Notes: a model not told the origin generated them from the letters alone. Positions 43,241-54,064 are shown, numbered from the stretch's first letter. The stretch: DNA of 64,000 nt from Thermoanaerobaculaceae bacterium (GCA_963717295.1 OY970330.1:5227717-5291716); one strand, 5' to 3'. Translations and numbers: made by a program.

Positions 43241-45262
43241 GTGGAGACCGTGCAAATGGCCGAACCGAACGTGGACCAGCTCGCCATCAACACCATCCGA
43301 TTCCTCGCCGTGGACATGGTCGAAGCGGCCCAGTCCGGACATCCCGGCGCTCCTCTGGGGCAGGCGCCGATGGCCTATCTCCTGTGGACGCGCTTCCTGC
43401 GCCACAACCCCGACAATCCCGACTGGCCGAACCGCGACCGCTTCGTCCTTTCCTGCGGCCACGCCTCGGCGCTGATCTATGCCCTCCTCCACCTCGCCGG
43501 CTACGGCCTGCCCATGGAGGAGCTGAAGCGCTTCCGCCAGTTTGGTTCCAAGACTCCGGGTCACCCCGAGCACGAGCTGACCCGCGGCGTCGAGACCACC
43601 ACCGGCCCCCTCGGCCAGGGGCTCGCCAACTCGGTCGGCATGGCGATCGCCGAGTGCCTGAGCCGCAACCGCTTCAACCGCGAGGGATACCCGCTCTTCG
43701 ACTACCGCACCTGGGTGTTCGCGAGCGACGGCGACATGGAGGAGGGCGTCACCTCCGAGGCCTGCTCGCTGGCCGGCCACCTGAAGCTCGGCCAGCTCAA
43801 GGTCCTCTACGACGACAACCACGTTTCGATCGACGGCCCCACCTCCCTCTCCTTCTCCGAGGACGTGGGCAAGCGGTTCGAGGCCTACGGCTGGTTCGTG
43901 CAGCACGTGGCGGACGTCAACGATCTCCAGGAGGTCGAGAAGGCGATGAAGGCGGCCGAGGCGGAGACGCAGCGCCCGTCGCTGATCGTCGTCCGCACCG
44001 TCATCGGCTTCGGCAGCCCCAACCGGGCGGGCACCTCCAAGGCGCATGGCGAGGCCCTGGGACCGGAGGAGACGGCGGCCACCAAGACGGCCCTCGGCTG
44101 GCCGCTGGAGCCCACCTTCCTCGTGCCGGAAGGCGCCATGAAGCCGTTCGACGAGGCCCGCGAGCGCGGCCACAGGCTGGAGAAGGAGTGGAACGATCTC
44201 TATGCCCGCTACAAGGCCGCGCACCCCGAGGAGGCCGCCGACCTCGACGGCCGGCTCGCCGGCAAGCTGCCGGACGGCTGGCAGGACGCCATCCCCACCT
44301 TCAAGCCCGGCGACAAGCCGGTGGCAACCCGCGCGGCTTCGGGCCAGGTGCTCAACGGCATCGCCGGCAAGCTCCCCATGCTGGCGGGCGGCTCGGCGGA
44401 CCTGACGCCCTCCAACAACACCGCCATCAAGGGCCGCGCCGACTTCGAGGCCGGCACCGAGGGCCTCTACTTCCGCTTCGGCATCCGCGAGCACGCCATG
44501 GGCTCGATCATGAACGGCATCGCCCTCTCGCGGCTGTGGATTCCCTACGGCGGCACCTTCCTCATCTTCTACGACTACATGCGCCCGCCCGTGCGCCTGG
44601 CGGCGCTGATGAAGATCCAGACGATCTACGTCTACACCCACGACTCGGTCTTCCTGGGCGAGGACGGTCCCACCCACCAGCCCATCGAGCAGCTCGCCGG
44701 CCTGCGCTCCGTCCCCGGCCTGACGATGATCCGCCCGGCGGACGCCATCGAGACGGCGGAAGCCTGGAGAGTCGCCGTCGAGCACCGTCACGGCCCGGTG
44801 GCCCTGGCCCTGACGCGGCAGAACCTGCCCATCCTCGAAGAGACGGCCAAGGGAGCCCGCGAAGGATTGCCCAAGGGCGCCTACGTCCTCTCCGACTCAG
44901 GCGAGGGAGACCCGGAGATCATCCTCCTGGCCACGGGCTCGGAAGTCTGGCTGGCCGTGGATGCCGCCAAGCAACTCACGGAGAAGGGCCGGCGCGTCCG
45001 CGTCGTGAGCATGCCCTCCTGGGCCCTCTTCGACGCCCAATCGCAGGAGTACCGCGACTCCGTGCTACCCCCCAAGATCCGCAAGCGCCTCGCCATCGAG
45101 GCTGCATCCCCTCTCGGCTGGCATAAGTACGTCGGCCTGGACGGCGAAGTCCATGGCATCGAGCGCTTCGGCGCGTCAGGTCCGTACAAGGACCTGCAGA
45201 AGGCGTTCGGGTTCCTGCCGGAGGATGTGGTGAAGGTGGCGGAGGAGCTGTTGGGGCGGTAG
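43241..45262 (+). CDS. tkt: transketolase
   Basis: 673 aa, ...AAQSGHPGAPLG...SCGHASALIY...GEDGPTHQPIEQ... matches the transketolase thiamine-diphosphate and pyrimidine-binding regions. Confidence 0.9.
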   Translation: METVQMAEPNVDQLAINTIRFLAVDMVEAAQSGHPGAPLGQAPMAYLLWTRFLRHNPDNPDWPNRDRFVLSCGHASALIYALLHLAGYGLPMEELKRFRQFGSKTPGHPEHELTRGVETTTGPLGQGLANSVGMAIAECLSRNRFNREGYPLFDYRTWVFASDGDMEEGVTSEACSLAGHLKLGQLKVLYDDNHVSIDGPTSLSFSEDVGKRFEAYGWFVQHVADVNDLQEVEKAMKAAEAETQRPSLIVVRTVIGFGSPNRAGTSKAHGEALGPEETAATKTALGWPLEPTFLVPEGAMKPFDEARERGHRLEKEWNDLYARYKAAHPEEAADLDGRLAGKLPDGWQDAIPTFKPGDKPVATRAASGQVLNGIAGKLPMLAGGSADLTPSNNTAIKGRADFEAGTEGLYFRFGIREHAMGSIMNGIALSRLWIPYGGTFLIFYDYMRPPVRLAALMKIQTIYVYTHDSVFLGEDGPTHQPIEQLAGLRSVPGLTMIRPADAIETAEAWRVAVEHRHGPVALALTRQNLPILEETAKGAREGLPKGAYVLSDSGEGDPEIILLATGSEVWLAVDAAKQLTEKGRRVRVVSMPSWALFDAQSQEYRDSVLPPKIRKRLAIEAASPLGWHKYVGLDGEVHGIERFGASGPYKDLQKAFGFLPEDVVKVAEELLGR

Positions 45263-45281
45263 GGGGCGCCTGAGACCGGCC

Positions 45282-46400
45282 CTACTGCCGCCCCTCGATC
45301 CAGCATCCCCCGAGCACGCGGGTACCCCGGTAGAAGACGGCGGCCTGGCCGGGGGTGACTCCCCGCTGGGGATGGGCGAAGTCGATCTCGACCCGCCCGT
45401 CCCCCCGCGGCCGGATTCGCGCCTCGACTCCGGGGTGGCGGGAGCGGATCTTCACCGTCGCCTCGATGTTCCCATCCGGCGCCGGGCCGATCCAGTGCAG
45501 GCGCTCGCCGCGGAGGCCGGGGGCCATCAGGTCGTGCTCCCCTCCCACCACCACCCGATTCTGCCCGGGCTCGATTTGAAGGACGAAGAGGGGGCTCGGC
45601 GCGGCGAGGCCCAGGCCCCGGCGCTGGCCCACGGTATAGCGGTAGTAGGGCTGGCCCTCGCCGAGCGTCTCGCCGGCGGTGTCCACCAGCACGGCCGGCT
45701 CGGCGAGGGCTGGCTCGCCATAACGGCCCGGGTCCATCGCCACTTGCCCCTCCACGAACTCGCGGATGCCGCCGGAGACGAAGCAGACCTCCATGCTCTC
45801 CCCCTTCTCCGCCACCACGAGGCCGGCCTCGCGGGCGAGATGCCGCACCTCGGGCTTGGTCATTTCGCCGAGGGGGAAGAGGGAGGTGGCGAGCTGCTCG
45901 GCCGTCAGCTCGAAGAGGTAGTAGCTCTGGTCCTTGTCGGCGTCGAGCGCGGTATGGAGCTCGGGCCCATCCGGTCCGTCGAGAATGCGGGCATAGTGGC
46001 CGGTCGCCACACGGTTCGCCCCGAGCTGGCGCGCCCGGTCGAGCAGGAGATCGAACTTGATCCAGGTGTTGCACCGCACGCAGGGGCTCGGAGTGCGCCC
46101 GGCGAGGTAGTCGTTGACGAACGGGTCCACCACCTTCTCCCGGAACTCCTCGTCCATGCGCAGGGTGTAGTGGGGGATGCCCGCCTGCTGGGCGACGCGC
46201 TTGGCATCCCCGAGGTCGAGCGCGCCGCAGCAGCGGCCATTCGCCTCCACGCCGGAATGATCCCAGAGCAGCATGGAAAGGCCCACCACCGGCCGGCCCT
46301 CGCGGGCCAGCAGCCAGGCGGTCACCGACGAGTCGAGGCCGCCGCTCATGGCGACGGCGACGAGGGTGTTGGGCGGGCTGGGCGGGTTGAGCGTTTCCAT
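45282..46400 (-). CDS. mnmA: tRNA 2-thiouridine(34) synthase MnmA
   Basis: VAVAMSGGLDSSV PP-loop, CNTWIKF and RGTRVLGG motifs. Likely start METLNPP at 46400. The ORF-track start at 46454 is an extension. Confidence 0.85.
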   Translation of the reverse strand: METLNPPSPPNTLVAVAMSGGLDSSVTAWLLAREGRPVVGLSMLLWDHSGVEANGRCCGALDLGDAKRVAQQAGIPHYTLRMDEEFREKVVDPFVNDYLAGRTPSPCVRCNTWIKFDLLLDRARQLGANRVATGHYARILDGPDGPELHTALDADKDQSYYLFELTAEQLATSLFPLGEMTKPEVRHLAREAGLVVAEKGESMEVCFVSGGIREFVEGQVAMDPGRYGEPALAEPAVLVDTAGETLGEGQPYYRYTVGQRRGLGLAAPSPLFVLQIEPGQNRVVVGGEHDLMAPGLRGERLHWIGPAPDGNIEATVKIRSRHPGVEARIRPRGDGRVEIDFAHPQRGVTPGQAAVFYRGTRVLGGCWIEGRQ

Positions 46401-46502
46401 GGCAGGGCAAAGCGTACCACTAGCAAAAAGGACGAACACGGACAGCAGGGACAAACAAGGACGAACAGAGTCCCGAAGGTCAGTGTTGTCCGTGCTCGTC
46501 CC

Positions 46503-47501
46503 TTACGTCCGTGTCGCCAGTGAGCCCCCGCCCATCCCCAGCACGGCCACCGCCAGCTTCGCCGGATCGTGGCGGATCAGGTCGCCGTCGGCGGCCAGGA
46601 GATCAGCTTCCACGATCTCGGCTCCCAGCTCTTCCAGGGCGGCGCGGTCGACCGCCACGGGCTCGGAGCCGGTCTCGGCGTAATGGTGGATCAGCGGCTC
46701 GGGAATCGGCGTCGAGTTGATCAGCACGGCATCAATGAGCCCGGCTCCCGCGTGCCGCACCAGGGCGCGCAGGTGATCGGCGGCCATCATGCCGTCGGTC
46801 TCGCCGGGCTGGGTCATGAGGTTGACCAGCAGGACGACCGGCGCCTTCGCCTTCGCCACCGCCTGGCGGATGCCGGGGATCAACAGGTTGGGAAGGATCG
46901 AGGTGTAGAGCGAGCCCGGCCCCAGGAGGATGAGGTCCGCCCGCTCCAACGCCGCCACCGCCTGAGGAAAAGCCGGCGGCGCCGGCGGATCGATCTCCAC
47001 CGCCGCCAGCTCCTCGGCCGACAGCCCGACCGCCGATTCCCCTTCGTAGGTTCGGCCCGAGACGCCCCGCGCCCGCAGCCGCACGTCGGTCAGCGTGGCG
47101 GGGAAGATCCTGCCACGCACCGAGAGGATCGACTCGGCGGTGAGAATGGCCTGATGGAAGTCGCCCGTGATGCCGGTCAGCGCCGTCAGGAAGAGGTTGC
47201 CGAAAGAGTGGCCGACCAGACCGCCACCATTGGGGAAGCGATACTGGAAGAGGCGGGTCAGCAGATCCTCGTCGTCGGCGAGGGCGGCGATGCAGTTGCG
47301 GATGTCCCCGGGCGGCAGGACGCCGAACTCCTTGCGCAACCGGCCCGAGGAGCCACCGTCGTCGGTGACGGTGACGACGCCCGCGAGCTGGCACAGACGA
47401 TCGGTGCCTACGTGGTGCTTGAGCCCGCGCAGCAACGCCGACAGGCCGGTGCCGCCGCCGATCGCGACGAGGGCCTTACCCGAGGTCCCGCCCGGCGACA
47501 T
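46503..47501 (-). CDS. YvcK/CofD-family gluconeogenesis-factor-like protein
   Basis: LVAIGGGTGLSALLRGLK signature. Likely start MSPGGTS at 47501. Confidence 0.75.
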   Translation of the reverse strand: MSPGGTSGKALVAIGGGTGLSALLRGLKHHVGTDRLCQLAGVVTVTDDGGSSGRLRKEFGVLPPGDIRNCIAALADDEDLLTRLFQYRFPNGGGLVGHSFGNLFLTALTGITGDFHQAILTAESILSVRGRIFPATLTDVRLRARGVSGRTYEGESAVGLSAEELAAVEIDPPAPPAFPQAVAALERADLILLGPGSLYTSILPNLLIPGIRQAVAKAKAPVVLLVNLMTQPGETDGMMAADHLRALVRHAGAGLIDAVLINSTPIPEPLIHHYAETGSEPVAVDRAALEELGAEIVEADLLAADGDLIRHDPAKLAVAVLGMGGGSLATRT

Positions 47502-47511
47502 CGGCGAAGGC

Positions 47512-48066
47512 TCAGGTGAGGCCGAAGAGGTGGCGCTGATCGCGGTTCTTGCGGAGCTCGGCGAAATCGGTGTCGTGGAAGGCATGGATGCGATTCTTGG
47601 GGTTCAGCTCGACCGCCTTGGCCAGGGCCAGGGCCGCGTCCTCCAGCCGGTTCTCGACCGCGTGGATGCTGGCCGCCAGATAGGCGAAACGCTCGTCGTG
47701 CTGGTCGCGGCCACCCTTCTGCGCGATGTCGAGCGCCGCCTGGAAGTCGCCGCGGTTCCGCTCGTAAACAGCCTGGAGGTAGGGATCGGGCTCCGCGCCC
47801 TTGGCCGCCTTCCCTTGCGCCGGCCCACCCTTCTGACGAGCAACGTTCAGGAATTGCTGCGCCCGGTCGCGAAGGTCGAGCCGGTCGGTGGTCTCGACGG
47901 CCTGCTCCAGATGGCTGACGGCCTTCTTCCAGTCCTTCGCCTGCAAGGCCGAAAGGCCGTCGGAGAAGTGGTCGAGGGCGGGATCCGCCACGGCCGGCGG
48001 GGCCGCAATCTTCTTCTTCGGGGCGGGAGGGGGCGGTGTCGGGGTCTTGGACTTGGCCTTCGCCAT
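47512..48066 (-). CDS. hypothetical TPR-like protein with Pro/Lys-rich N-terminus
   Basis: 184 aa, helical repeats. Sits directly upstream of mglA on the same strand. Confidence 0.5.
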   Translation of the reverse strand: MAKAKSKTPTPPPPAPKKKIAAPPAVADPALDHFSDGLSALQAKDWKKAVSHLEQAVETTDRLDLRDRAQQFLNVARQKGGPAQGKAAKGAEPDPYLQAVYERNRGDFQAALDIAQKGGRDQHDERFAYLAASIHAVENRLEDAALALAKAVELNPKNRIHAFHDTDFAELRKNRDQRHLFGLT

Positions 48067-48096
48067 GGAAATCTTCGGTCTCCGGAATTAGCTGGG

Positions 48097-48681
48097 TCAG
48101 CGCTTCTTCAGCTCGATCAGGATCTGCTTGGCCACGGACTTCAGGGTGTCGAACACGCCTACTCCGGTCGTCGCCACGGCTTCGAACGTCGGCTCGCGCT
48201 TGTAGTTCAGGGTGCGATACATCTCCTCGACGGGGATGACGTTGCGTATGTCCCGCTTGTTGAACTGCAGGGCGTACGGGATCGTCGCCAGATCGAACCC
48301 ATGCTCCTTCAAGTTCTGTTCCAGGTTCCGGATGGACTCGATGTTCGCCTCCATCCGCTCCTGTTGGCTGTCCGCCACGAAGATCACGCCGTCCACCCCC
48401 TTGAGGATCAGCTTGCGGCTGGCGTCGTAGAACACCTGGCCGGGCACCGTGTAGAGGTGGAACCGGGTGGTGAAGCCGCGGATGCTCCCGAGGTCCAGGG
48501 GCAGGAAGTCGAAGAACAGCGTGCGGTCGGCCTCGGTCGCCAGGGAGATCATCTTCCCCTTCGACTCGGGAGCCGTCTTGTTGTAGATGTACTGCAAATT
48601 CGTCGTCTTCCCACACAATCCGGGACCATAATAGACGATTTTGCAGTTGATTTCCTTGCTGGCGTAATTGATGAAAGTCAT
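48097..48681 (-). CDS. mglA: Ras-like GTPase MglA
   Basis: 194 aa, [20 protein letters not shown]...[13 protein letters not shown]. Near-invariant MglA sequence. Confidence 0.85.
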   Translation of the reverse strand: MTFINYASKEINCKIVYYGPGLCGKTTNLQYIYNKTAPESKGKMISLATEADRTLFFDFLPLDLGSIRGFTTRFHLYTVPGQVFYDASRKLILKGVDGVIFVADSQQERMEANIESIRNLEQNLKEHGFDLATIPYALQFNKRDIRNVIPVEEMYRTLNYKREPTFEAVATTGVGVFDTLKSVAKQILIELKKR

Positions 48682-48771
48682 GTCGCCTGCCTCGTTCCAA
48701 CTCGAACCGCTCGCCTGGGCAGAATCGCTCCCGGGGTCCCTGACGCCCTTGCGTGGGCTCGACGCCTTCGG

Positions 48772-49263
48772 TTACTCACCGAACAGCGCATCGATGTCGT
48801 CGTCGGTGATCTCGGAAAAGGGACTCGGATGAGTCGCTCCCTGGGAACCCTTCTCGCCTTTCTGCAACATCACCTCGAAGATCTTCTCCAAATCGACGTT
48901 GGCCCGCTTCACCCGCAGGCGGACGAGACCGAGAGACGACCGGTCGTCGAAGATGACCACCAGGATGGCGCGCTTGGCGACGATGGAGATGTGGATGTGA
49001 TCCTGCTGCCCCTCATGGAACAGCACGGAAAACTCCCGCTCGCCGATCAGCTTGGCCAGCCCGTCCGTCGCGGCCACGTTGCCGGCGGTCAGCGAAGCGA
49101 GCGAGGTGGTATCGAACTGCTCGACCTCACCGGCCGAGGCGATCTGCTGCCCGTTCTTGTCGATCAGGAAGACGGCCTTGGCATTCGCCTCCTGGCGCAG
49201 GCGGCGCAGAGCTTCCTCTAGATGCTTAAACTCTTCTTCGTAGAGCACGAAGTCTGCGCACAT
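48772..49263 (-). CDS. mglB: MglB (roadblock/LC7-domain GAP of MglA)
   Basis: 163 aa roadblock-fold protein immediately upstream of mglA. KNGQQIASAG motif. Confidence 0.8.
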   Translation of the reverse strand: MCADFVLYEEEFKHLEEALRRLRQEANAKAVFLIDKNGQQIASAGEVEQFDTTSLASLTAGNVAATDGLAKLIGEREFSVLFHEGQQDHIHISIVAKRAILVVIFDDRSSLGLVRLRVKRANVDLEKIFEVMLQKGEKGSQGATHPSPFSEITDDDIDALFGE

Positions 49264-49366
49264 GGCTACCCTTTCCGGACCGCGCGACGATACAACATCG
49301 CGGGCGGGGCCGTCAAAGCTCTGATTTCACGTCGGTTGTTTCTGCTGGTCCTTGCCGGAAGCCCAC

Positions 49367-49843
49367 TCAATGGAACAACCGCCAGCCCGAGATCACGTCA
49401 TTCTGCGCCAGCAGCAACTCGCTTCCCTGCACTTGATGCCGCAGGGGAACGGGTGTGCAGCCCTCGCCGCCGGAGGCGATCTCCGAGATGCGGAAGGCCT
49501 TGTCGCATTTGTTACAAACCACCCACTCCCCTTCGTGCCGGAAGCCCCGCTTGTACTTCATGCAGGTCTCGTCGGCGTCGAAGGCGACCTGGACGGTGCC
49601 CTTGCCGTCCTTCGCAACGAAGAAGCGAACCTCCTGGTTGCTGGAGTTGAGGAACTGGTAGAAGCGGACGTCGTTGGGCTTCAGGCCCGCCAGGTCCACC
49701 CGCACCTGCCCCTCCCGATCCGGTGACACCTTCTGGAAGCCCGAAGGGTTGAGACGGCCCTCCAGGACGGTCTCCGCCGCCCACACCGCCCCGAGGAAAA
49801 GGACGACGATCAGAATTCCGTGAATCGGCTTGAAGCGGCGCAT
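49367..49843 (-). CDS. hypothetical membrane protein with C-terminal Cys cluster (CNKCDKAF...C)
   Basis: Likely start MRRFKPIHGILIVVLFLG (49843). One TM helix. Confidence 0.45.
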   Translation of the reverse strand: MRRFKPIHGILIVVLFLGAVWAAETVLEGRLNPSGFQKVSPDREGQVRVDLAGLKPNDVRFYQFLNSSNQEVRFFVAKDGKGTVQVAFDADETCMKYKRGFRHEGEWVVCNKCDKAFRISEIASGGEGCTPVPLRHQVQGSELLLAQNDVISGWRLFH

Positions 49844-49913
49844 GGTGGGGCTATTCTGGCCCAACCCCCTCGGAACGGCAAGGCCCCCCGTCAACCTCGC
49901 CTTGTTTGCGCTG

Positions 49914-50078
49914 CTAGAACAGCGTGTAGATGAACGGCGCGACGCCCTGGCTGGTGACGACCAGCAGGATCACGAGCCCCAGAATGAGCACGAGAGGAAC
50001 GATCCAGTACACCTTGTTCTGCCTGGCGAACTGGACGATCTCCCCGAGGATGGAGCCGAAGTAGCGGAGTCTGCGCAT
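49914..50078 (-). CDS. small conserved membrane protein (MRRLRYFGSILGEIVQFARQNKVYWIVPL...)
   Basis: 54 aa, single TM helix. Likely start at 50078. Confidence 0.45.
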   Translation of the reverse strand: MRRLRYFGSILGEIVQFARQNKVYWIVPLVLILGLVILLVVTSQGVAPFIYTLF

Positions 50079-50103
50079 GGTTGCTTCCCTTCCGGGCGGC
50101 ATT

Positions 50104-50793
50104 CTACCTGATCCGGCGCGCCCGGCCCTTGATTCGCTCGACGAGCGTCGCGACCGCGGCGCCGGTGGCGGCCAGGAGGAGGATGGCGCCGCCGTGGGCG
50201 AGGAGGACGTGGGCGGGGGAGGAGACCCAGCAGAAGAGGCGCACGCCGGCGTCGGCGATGATCCCCGCTCCCAGGCCGTAGATGGCGCCGGCCAGGGCCG
50301 GGCGGGTGGGCAGCGCGCGGCCGGCCAGCCACACCGCCGCGGCCAGCATCGGCACGCTGGAGGCCGCGGCCATCCAGAAGCACTCCCAGGCGTAGCGCCC
50401 GAAGACCCCGGGCGGCGCGGCGGCCGGCACCAGGCTCTCGGTGAGGAAGGTCATGCCGGCGAAGAGCGCCAGCGCGGCGCCCACCGTCCAGACAATGGCC
50501 CGGGCCGAAAGCTCCCGCCCGGGGACCGCCTCGCGGAGGGCGGCGCCGACGATCAGCAGGCCCGCCAGCGCCTGCAATCCCGAAAGGCCCCACGCCACCA
50601 TAGGCCCCAGCTCCGAGGCGTTGCGGCGCAACCCCCAGAACGCCGGAATGGCGACGAGCAGCGCCAGGCCCAGCGGCAGCAGGGCCAGCACCCGCCGGGC
50701 CGGCGAGGCGATGGGCCGCACCGGCGCGAGGCCCCGCTCGACGGCGGCGAGAAGCTCGGGCGGCACCCGGGTGTCCATCCTCGCGTCAGCCAT
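50104..50793 (-). CDS. anti-sigma factor, DUF1109/NrsF-like multi-pass membrane protein
   Basis: Start MADARMDTRVPPELLAAVERGL (50793) overlaps the sigma gene stop by 8 bp. Six predicted TM helices. Confidence 0.55.
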   Translation of the reverse strand: MADARMDTRVPPELLAAVERGLAPVRPIASPARRVLALLPLGLALLVAIPAFWGLRRNASELGPMVAWGLSGLQALAGLLIVGAALREAVPGRELSARAIVWTVGAALALFAGMTFLTESLVPAAAPPGVFGRYAWECFWMAAASSVPMLAAAVWLAGRALPTRPALAGAIYGLGAGIIADAGVRLFCWVSSPAHVLLAHGGAILLLAATGAAVATLVERIKGRARRIR

Positions 50794-51370
50794 CCGGTGT
50801 TCCTCCCCTCTCCGCCTCGACACCCAGGGCCGCGCGAAGCGCCCGCATTGCCCGGCTCGACCGCAGCTTCGCCGCTCCCACACCGATGCGGAAGCGCGCG
50901 GCGATCTGCTGAAAGCTGAGGCCATGGACATGATGGAGCACCCAGGCCTCGCGGCGGCTGGCGGGGAGACTCGCCAGGGCCGCCGCCAGATCCCGCGGCT
51001 CGAGGGCGAGCGCCGTCGCGGGTGCCGCCACCTCGGCGACCGGCCGGGCGTCGCGGTCCTCGGTGCGCGAGCGCCGCCAGGCCTCCCGACGGTGGCGCCC
51101 GAGGACGTTGCGGGCGATGCCGAACGCCCAGGGCCGCACCGGCAGAGGGGGTTGATAGGTGCGGCGCGAGCGGTGGATGGCCAGGAAGGTCTCCTGCACG
51201 AGGTCCTGCGCCGCCATGTCCACCCCCGGCGCCCCCGCCGCCTGGAAGTAGCGGCACAGCTCCGCCGCGAGCCGTCCGTAGAGGCCCTCGAAGGCCGCGA
51301 GCTCGCCCGCCTGGTAGGCCACCATCAGCCGGACCAGCTCGTCGTCACCTTGGGGATCGGCCTCTCTCAT
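50786..51370 (-). CDS. ECF-family RNA polymerase sigma factor
   Basis: MREADPQGDDELVRLMVAYQAGELAAFEGLY...LVQETFLAIHRS (region 2) and ...LSFQQIAARFRIGVGAAKLRSSRAMRAL (region 4). ATG 51368-51370. Confidence 0.8.
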   Translation of the reverse strand: MREADPQGDDELVRLMVAYQAGELAAFEGLYGRLAAELCRYFQAAGAPGVDMAAQDLVQETFLAIHRSRRTYQPPLPVRPWAFGIARNVLGRHRREAWRRSRTEDRDARPVAEVAAPATALALEPRDLAAALASLPASRREAWVLHHVHGLSFQQIAARFRIGVGAAKLRSSRAMRALRAALGVEAERGGTPDG

Positions 51371-51454
51371 GCCCGTTCCAGTCGAAATCGATGGTAGCAG
51401 ACACCTTTCCGGCCGCAGCCGACAACTCTCTTCCAGCCAGGAGGAGACGACGCG

Positions 51455-54064
51455 ATGCGGATTGTCCGGTTGCTTGCAGGTCTGTGGCTCTGTGCCTTCA
51501 CCGCCTGGGCGCAGACGCCCCCATGCCCCACGGAGGGGTGCGATCCGGCGCTCCTCGCCCGGCGGAGCCTCAACGCCGCGCGGATCTCCGGCGCGCCGCC
51601 CGTCATCGACGGCCGGCTGGACGAGCCGGCCTGGAGGGAGGCGCCGGTCGCGACCGGCTTCACCCAGAACCGCCCGCGTCCGGGAGCGCCCTCGGTGCTG
51701 CGCTCGGAGGCCCGCGTCCTGGTCGACGGCGAGGCGATCTACGTCGGGCTGACCTACTTCGATCCGGAGCCGGCCAGGATCCAGGCGCCCCTCGCGCGCC
51801 GCGACGATGAGACGATCTCCGACTGGTCGTTCGTGGAGATCGACAGCCGCCACGACCGGCGGTCGGGTTTCTCCTTCGGGGTCAACCCCAGGGGCGTCCA
51901 GGTCGACGGGCTGTGGGCCGACGACATCGTGTACGACCCGTCGTGGAACGCCGTCTGGGAAGGGGCGGCCCAGGTGAACGCGGACGGCTGGACGGTGGAG
52001 GTCCGCATCCCCTTCTCCCAGCTCGCCTTCAGCCTGCCCCCAGGAGACAGTGCCGAGATGATCTGGGGCATCAACTTCTACCGCAACAGCCCCTCGCGCG
52101 GCGAATCGTCGAACTGGTCGCCCCGCTACCCGGGGCTGGGTGGCGTCGTCTCGCACTTCAACGAACTGCGCCTGCCGGCGCCGTCCCGCGTTCACCGCTT
52201 CGAGGCGACCCCCTACGTGGCACCGCGAGCCGGCAATGACGGACCCTCAGGAGACCGCAAGTCCTCGCTGCGCGCCGGCGCCGACCTCAAGGTGGGATTG
52301 GGCTCCAGCTTCAGCCTCACCGCCACGCTGCTGCCCGACTTCGGCCAGGTCGAGGCCGACCCGTCGCAGGTGAACCTCACGGCCTTCGAGCTCTTCCAGG
52401 CCGAGCAGCGCCCCTTCTTCCTCGAAGGGATCGACGTCTTCCGCATGAGCACCAGCCTTGCCTTCTCGACCCGCGACACCTCCTTCGCCGACGAATCCCC
52501 CTTCTACTCGCGGCGCGTCGGGCGGGCGCCCCGGGGCGATCTGCCCCCGGACGCCACCGCCGTCTCGTTCCCTACCGCCACCACTCTCCTGGGCGCCGTG
52601 AAGCTCTCCGGCCAGACCCCCTCGGGCTGGACGCTCGGCGTCTTCACCGCCGAGAGCGACCATGAGCACGCGCTCCTCGATCGGCCGGAGGGCGGGAGCC
52701 GAGAGTGGCCCGTCGAGGCGCGGACCACATCCACGGTGGCGCGGGCGATCCGCAGCTTCGATCACGGCGAGTCGTCCTTCGGGCTGTTCGCCGCCGACCT
52801 CCACCGCTCCGCCCTGGGGCCGGTGCTCACCGCCCAGGAGGTGAGCGACGCCGCGGCCCTGGGGTTGGAGCTCCAGCACCGCTTCGGGGAGGGAGGCTAC
52901 GAGCTGCGGAGCTGGGCGCTGGGGAGCCGCCTCACGGGCGACGCCGAGGCGATCACCCGCGTCGCCGAGGCGCCGAACCACTACTTCCAGCGGCCGGATG
53001 CTCGGGATCTGCCGGCGGCGCCCTATGGCACGAGCCTCGCCGGGCTCGCCGTGGAGACCCGCGTGTCGCGCCTCGCCGGCAATCTCCTCTGGGACGTGAC
53101 GGCGAGGGCGGTGTCTCCCGGCTTCGACGTCGACGAGCTCGGCTTCCAGCGCAACTCGGACTGGCTCCTGCTGGCCGGCGACTGGAAGTACCAACGCTTC
53201 ACCCCGGGCCACTGGCTGCGCGACTGGACCGTGGGCTCGGGCAACCTCGGCCTGGGCTGGACCTGGGCCGGCGAACGCCGGACCCGAGTCGCCGACCTCT
53301 ACCTCGCCGCCGATACCCGCGACTACTGGACGGCGAAGCTCGCCGCCACGCGCGAGGCCTCATCGCTCTCGACCGGCTGGCTGCGGGGAGGGCCGGCGCT
53401 GCTCCTGCCGCCGCGCACCACCGTCTCCCTATCGATTGCCACGGATCAGCGCAAGGCGTCCTACGTCACTCTCGACGCGAGCGCCGCCGAGGAGGGGGCG
53501 AACGGCTCGCGATCGCTGCGCGTCACGCCGCTCGTGAACCTTCGCGTCTCGGACCGGCTCCAGATGTCGGCCGGCGCCACCTATGAGACGGACACCGTCG
53601 GCTGGCAGCCCGTGGGAGCCGTGGACGGAGCGCCCGCGACCGAGATCCTCGTCGCCCGCCTGCGCCAGGAGACCCTCTCACTGACCCTTCGCTCGGACCT
53701 CACCTTCACGCCCCACCTGGCGCTCCAGGCCTACCTGCAGCCCTTCAGCACCGCCGGCCGCTTCGATCGCTACCAGCGCCTGATCGCGCCGCGCGACCCC
53801 AGGCCGGAGCGCCGGTTCGCTCTCCTGGAGGAAGGGAGCACCCCGCCGGCGAGCCCCAATGCCGCGCGCCGCACCTTGAACGGCGACCTCGTGCTGCGCT
53901 GGGAGTACCGGCCGGGCTCGTTCCTCACCGCCGTCTGGAACCACCAGCGCGACCGGCTCGTGCGGGACGCGCGCTCCTCGGCGGAGGACGGGCTGACGAG
54001 ACTGTTCGGCGATCCGCCGACGAACGTGGTGCTGCTCAAGCTGAGCTGGCGATTCGGAGCGTGA
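51455..54064 (+). CDS. DUF5916-like outer-membrane protein with N-terminal CBM9-like domain
   Basis: 869 aa, signal peptide, N-terminal ~200 aa carbohydrate-binding-family-9-like, then a long beta-rich region ending ...LKLSWRFGA (possible beta-barrel C-terminus). Confidence 0.55.
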   Translation: MRIVRLLAGLWLCAFTAWAQTPPCPTEGCDPALLARRSLNAARISGAPPVIDGRLDEPAWREAPVATGFTQNRPRPGAPSVLRSEARVLVDGEAIYVGLTYFDPEPARIQAPLARRDDETISDWSFVEIDSRHDRRSGFSFGVNPRGVQVDGLWADDIVYDPSWNAVWEGAAQVNADGWTVEVRIPFSQLAFSLPPGDSAEMIWGINFYRNSPSRGESSNWSPRYPGLGGVVSHFNELRLPAPSRVHRFEATPYVAPRAGNDGPSGDRKSSLRAGADLKVGLGSSFSLTATLLPDFGQVEADPSQVNLTAFELFQAEQRPFFLEGIDVFRMSTSLAFSTRDTSFADESPFYSRRVGRAPRGDLPPDATAVSFPTATTLLGAVKLSGQTPSGWTLGVFTAESDHEHALLDRPEGGSREWPVEARTTSTVARAIRSFDHGESSFGLFAADLHRSALGPVLTAQEVSDAAALGLELQHRFGEGGYELRSWALGSRLTGDAEAITRVAEAPNHYFQRPDARDLPAAPYGTSLAGLAVETRVSRLAGNLLWDVTARAVSPGFDVDELGFQRNSDWLLLAGDWKYQRFTPGHWLRDWTVGSGNLGLGWTWAGERRTRVADLYLAADTRDYWTAKLAATREASSLSTGWLRGGPALLLPPRTTVSLSIATDQRKASYVTLDASAAEEGANGSRSLRVTPLVNLRVSDRLQMSAGATYETDTVGWQPVGAVDGAPATEILVARLRQETLSLTLRSDLTFTPHLALQAYLQPFSTAGRFDRYQRLIAPRDPRPERRFALLEEGSTPPASPNAARRTLNGDLVLRWEYRPGSFLTAVWNHQRDRLVRDARSSAEDGLTRLFGDPPTNVVLLKLSWRFGA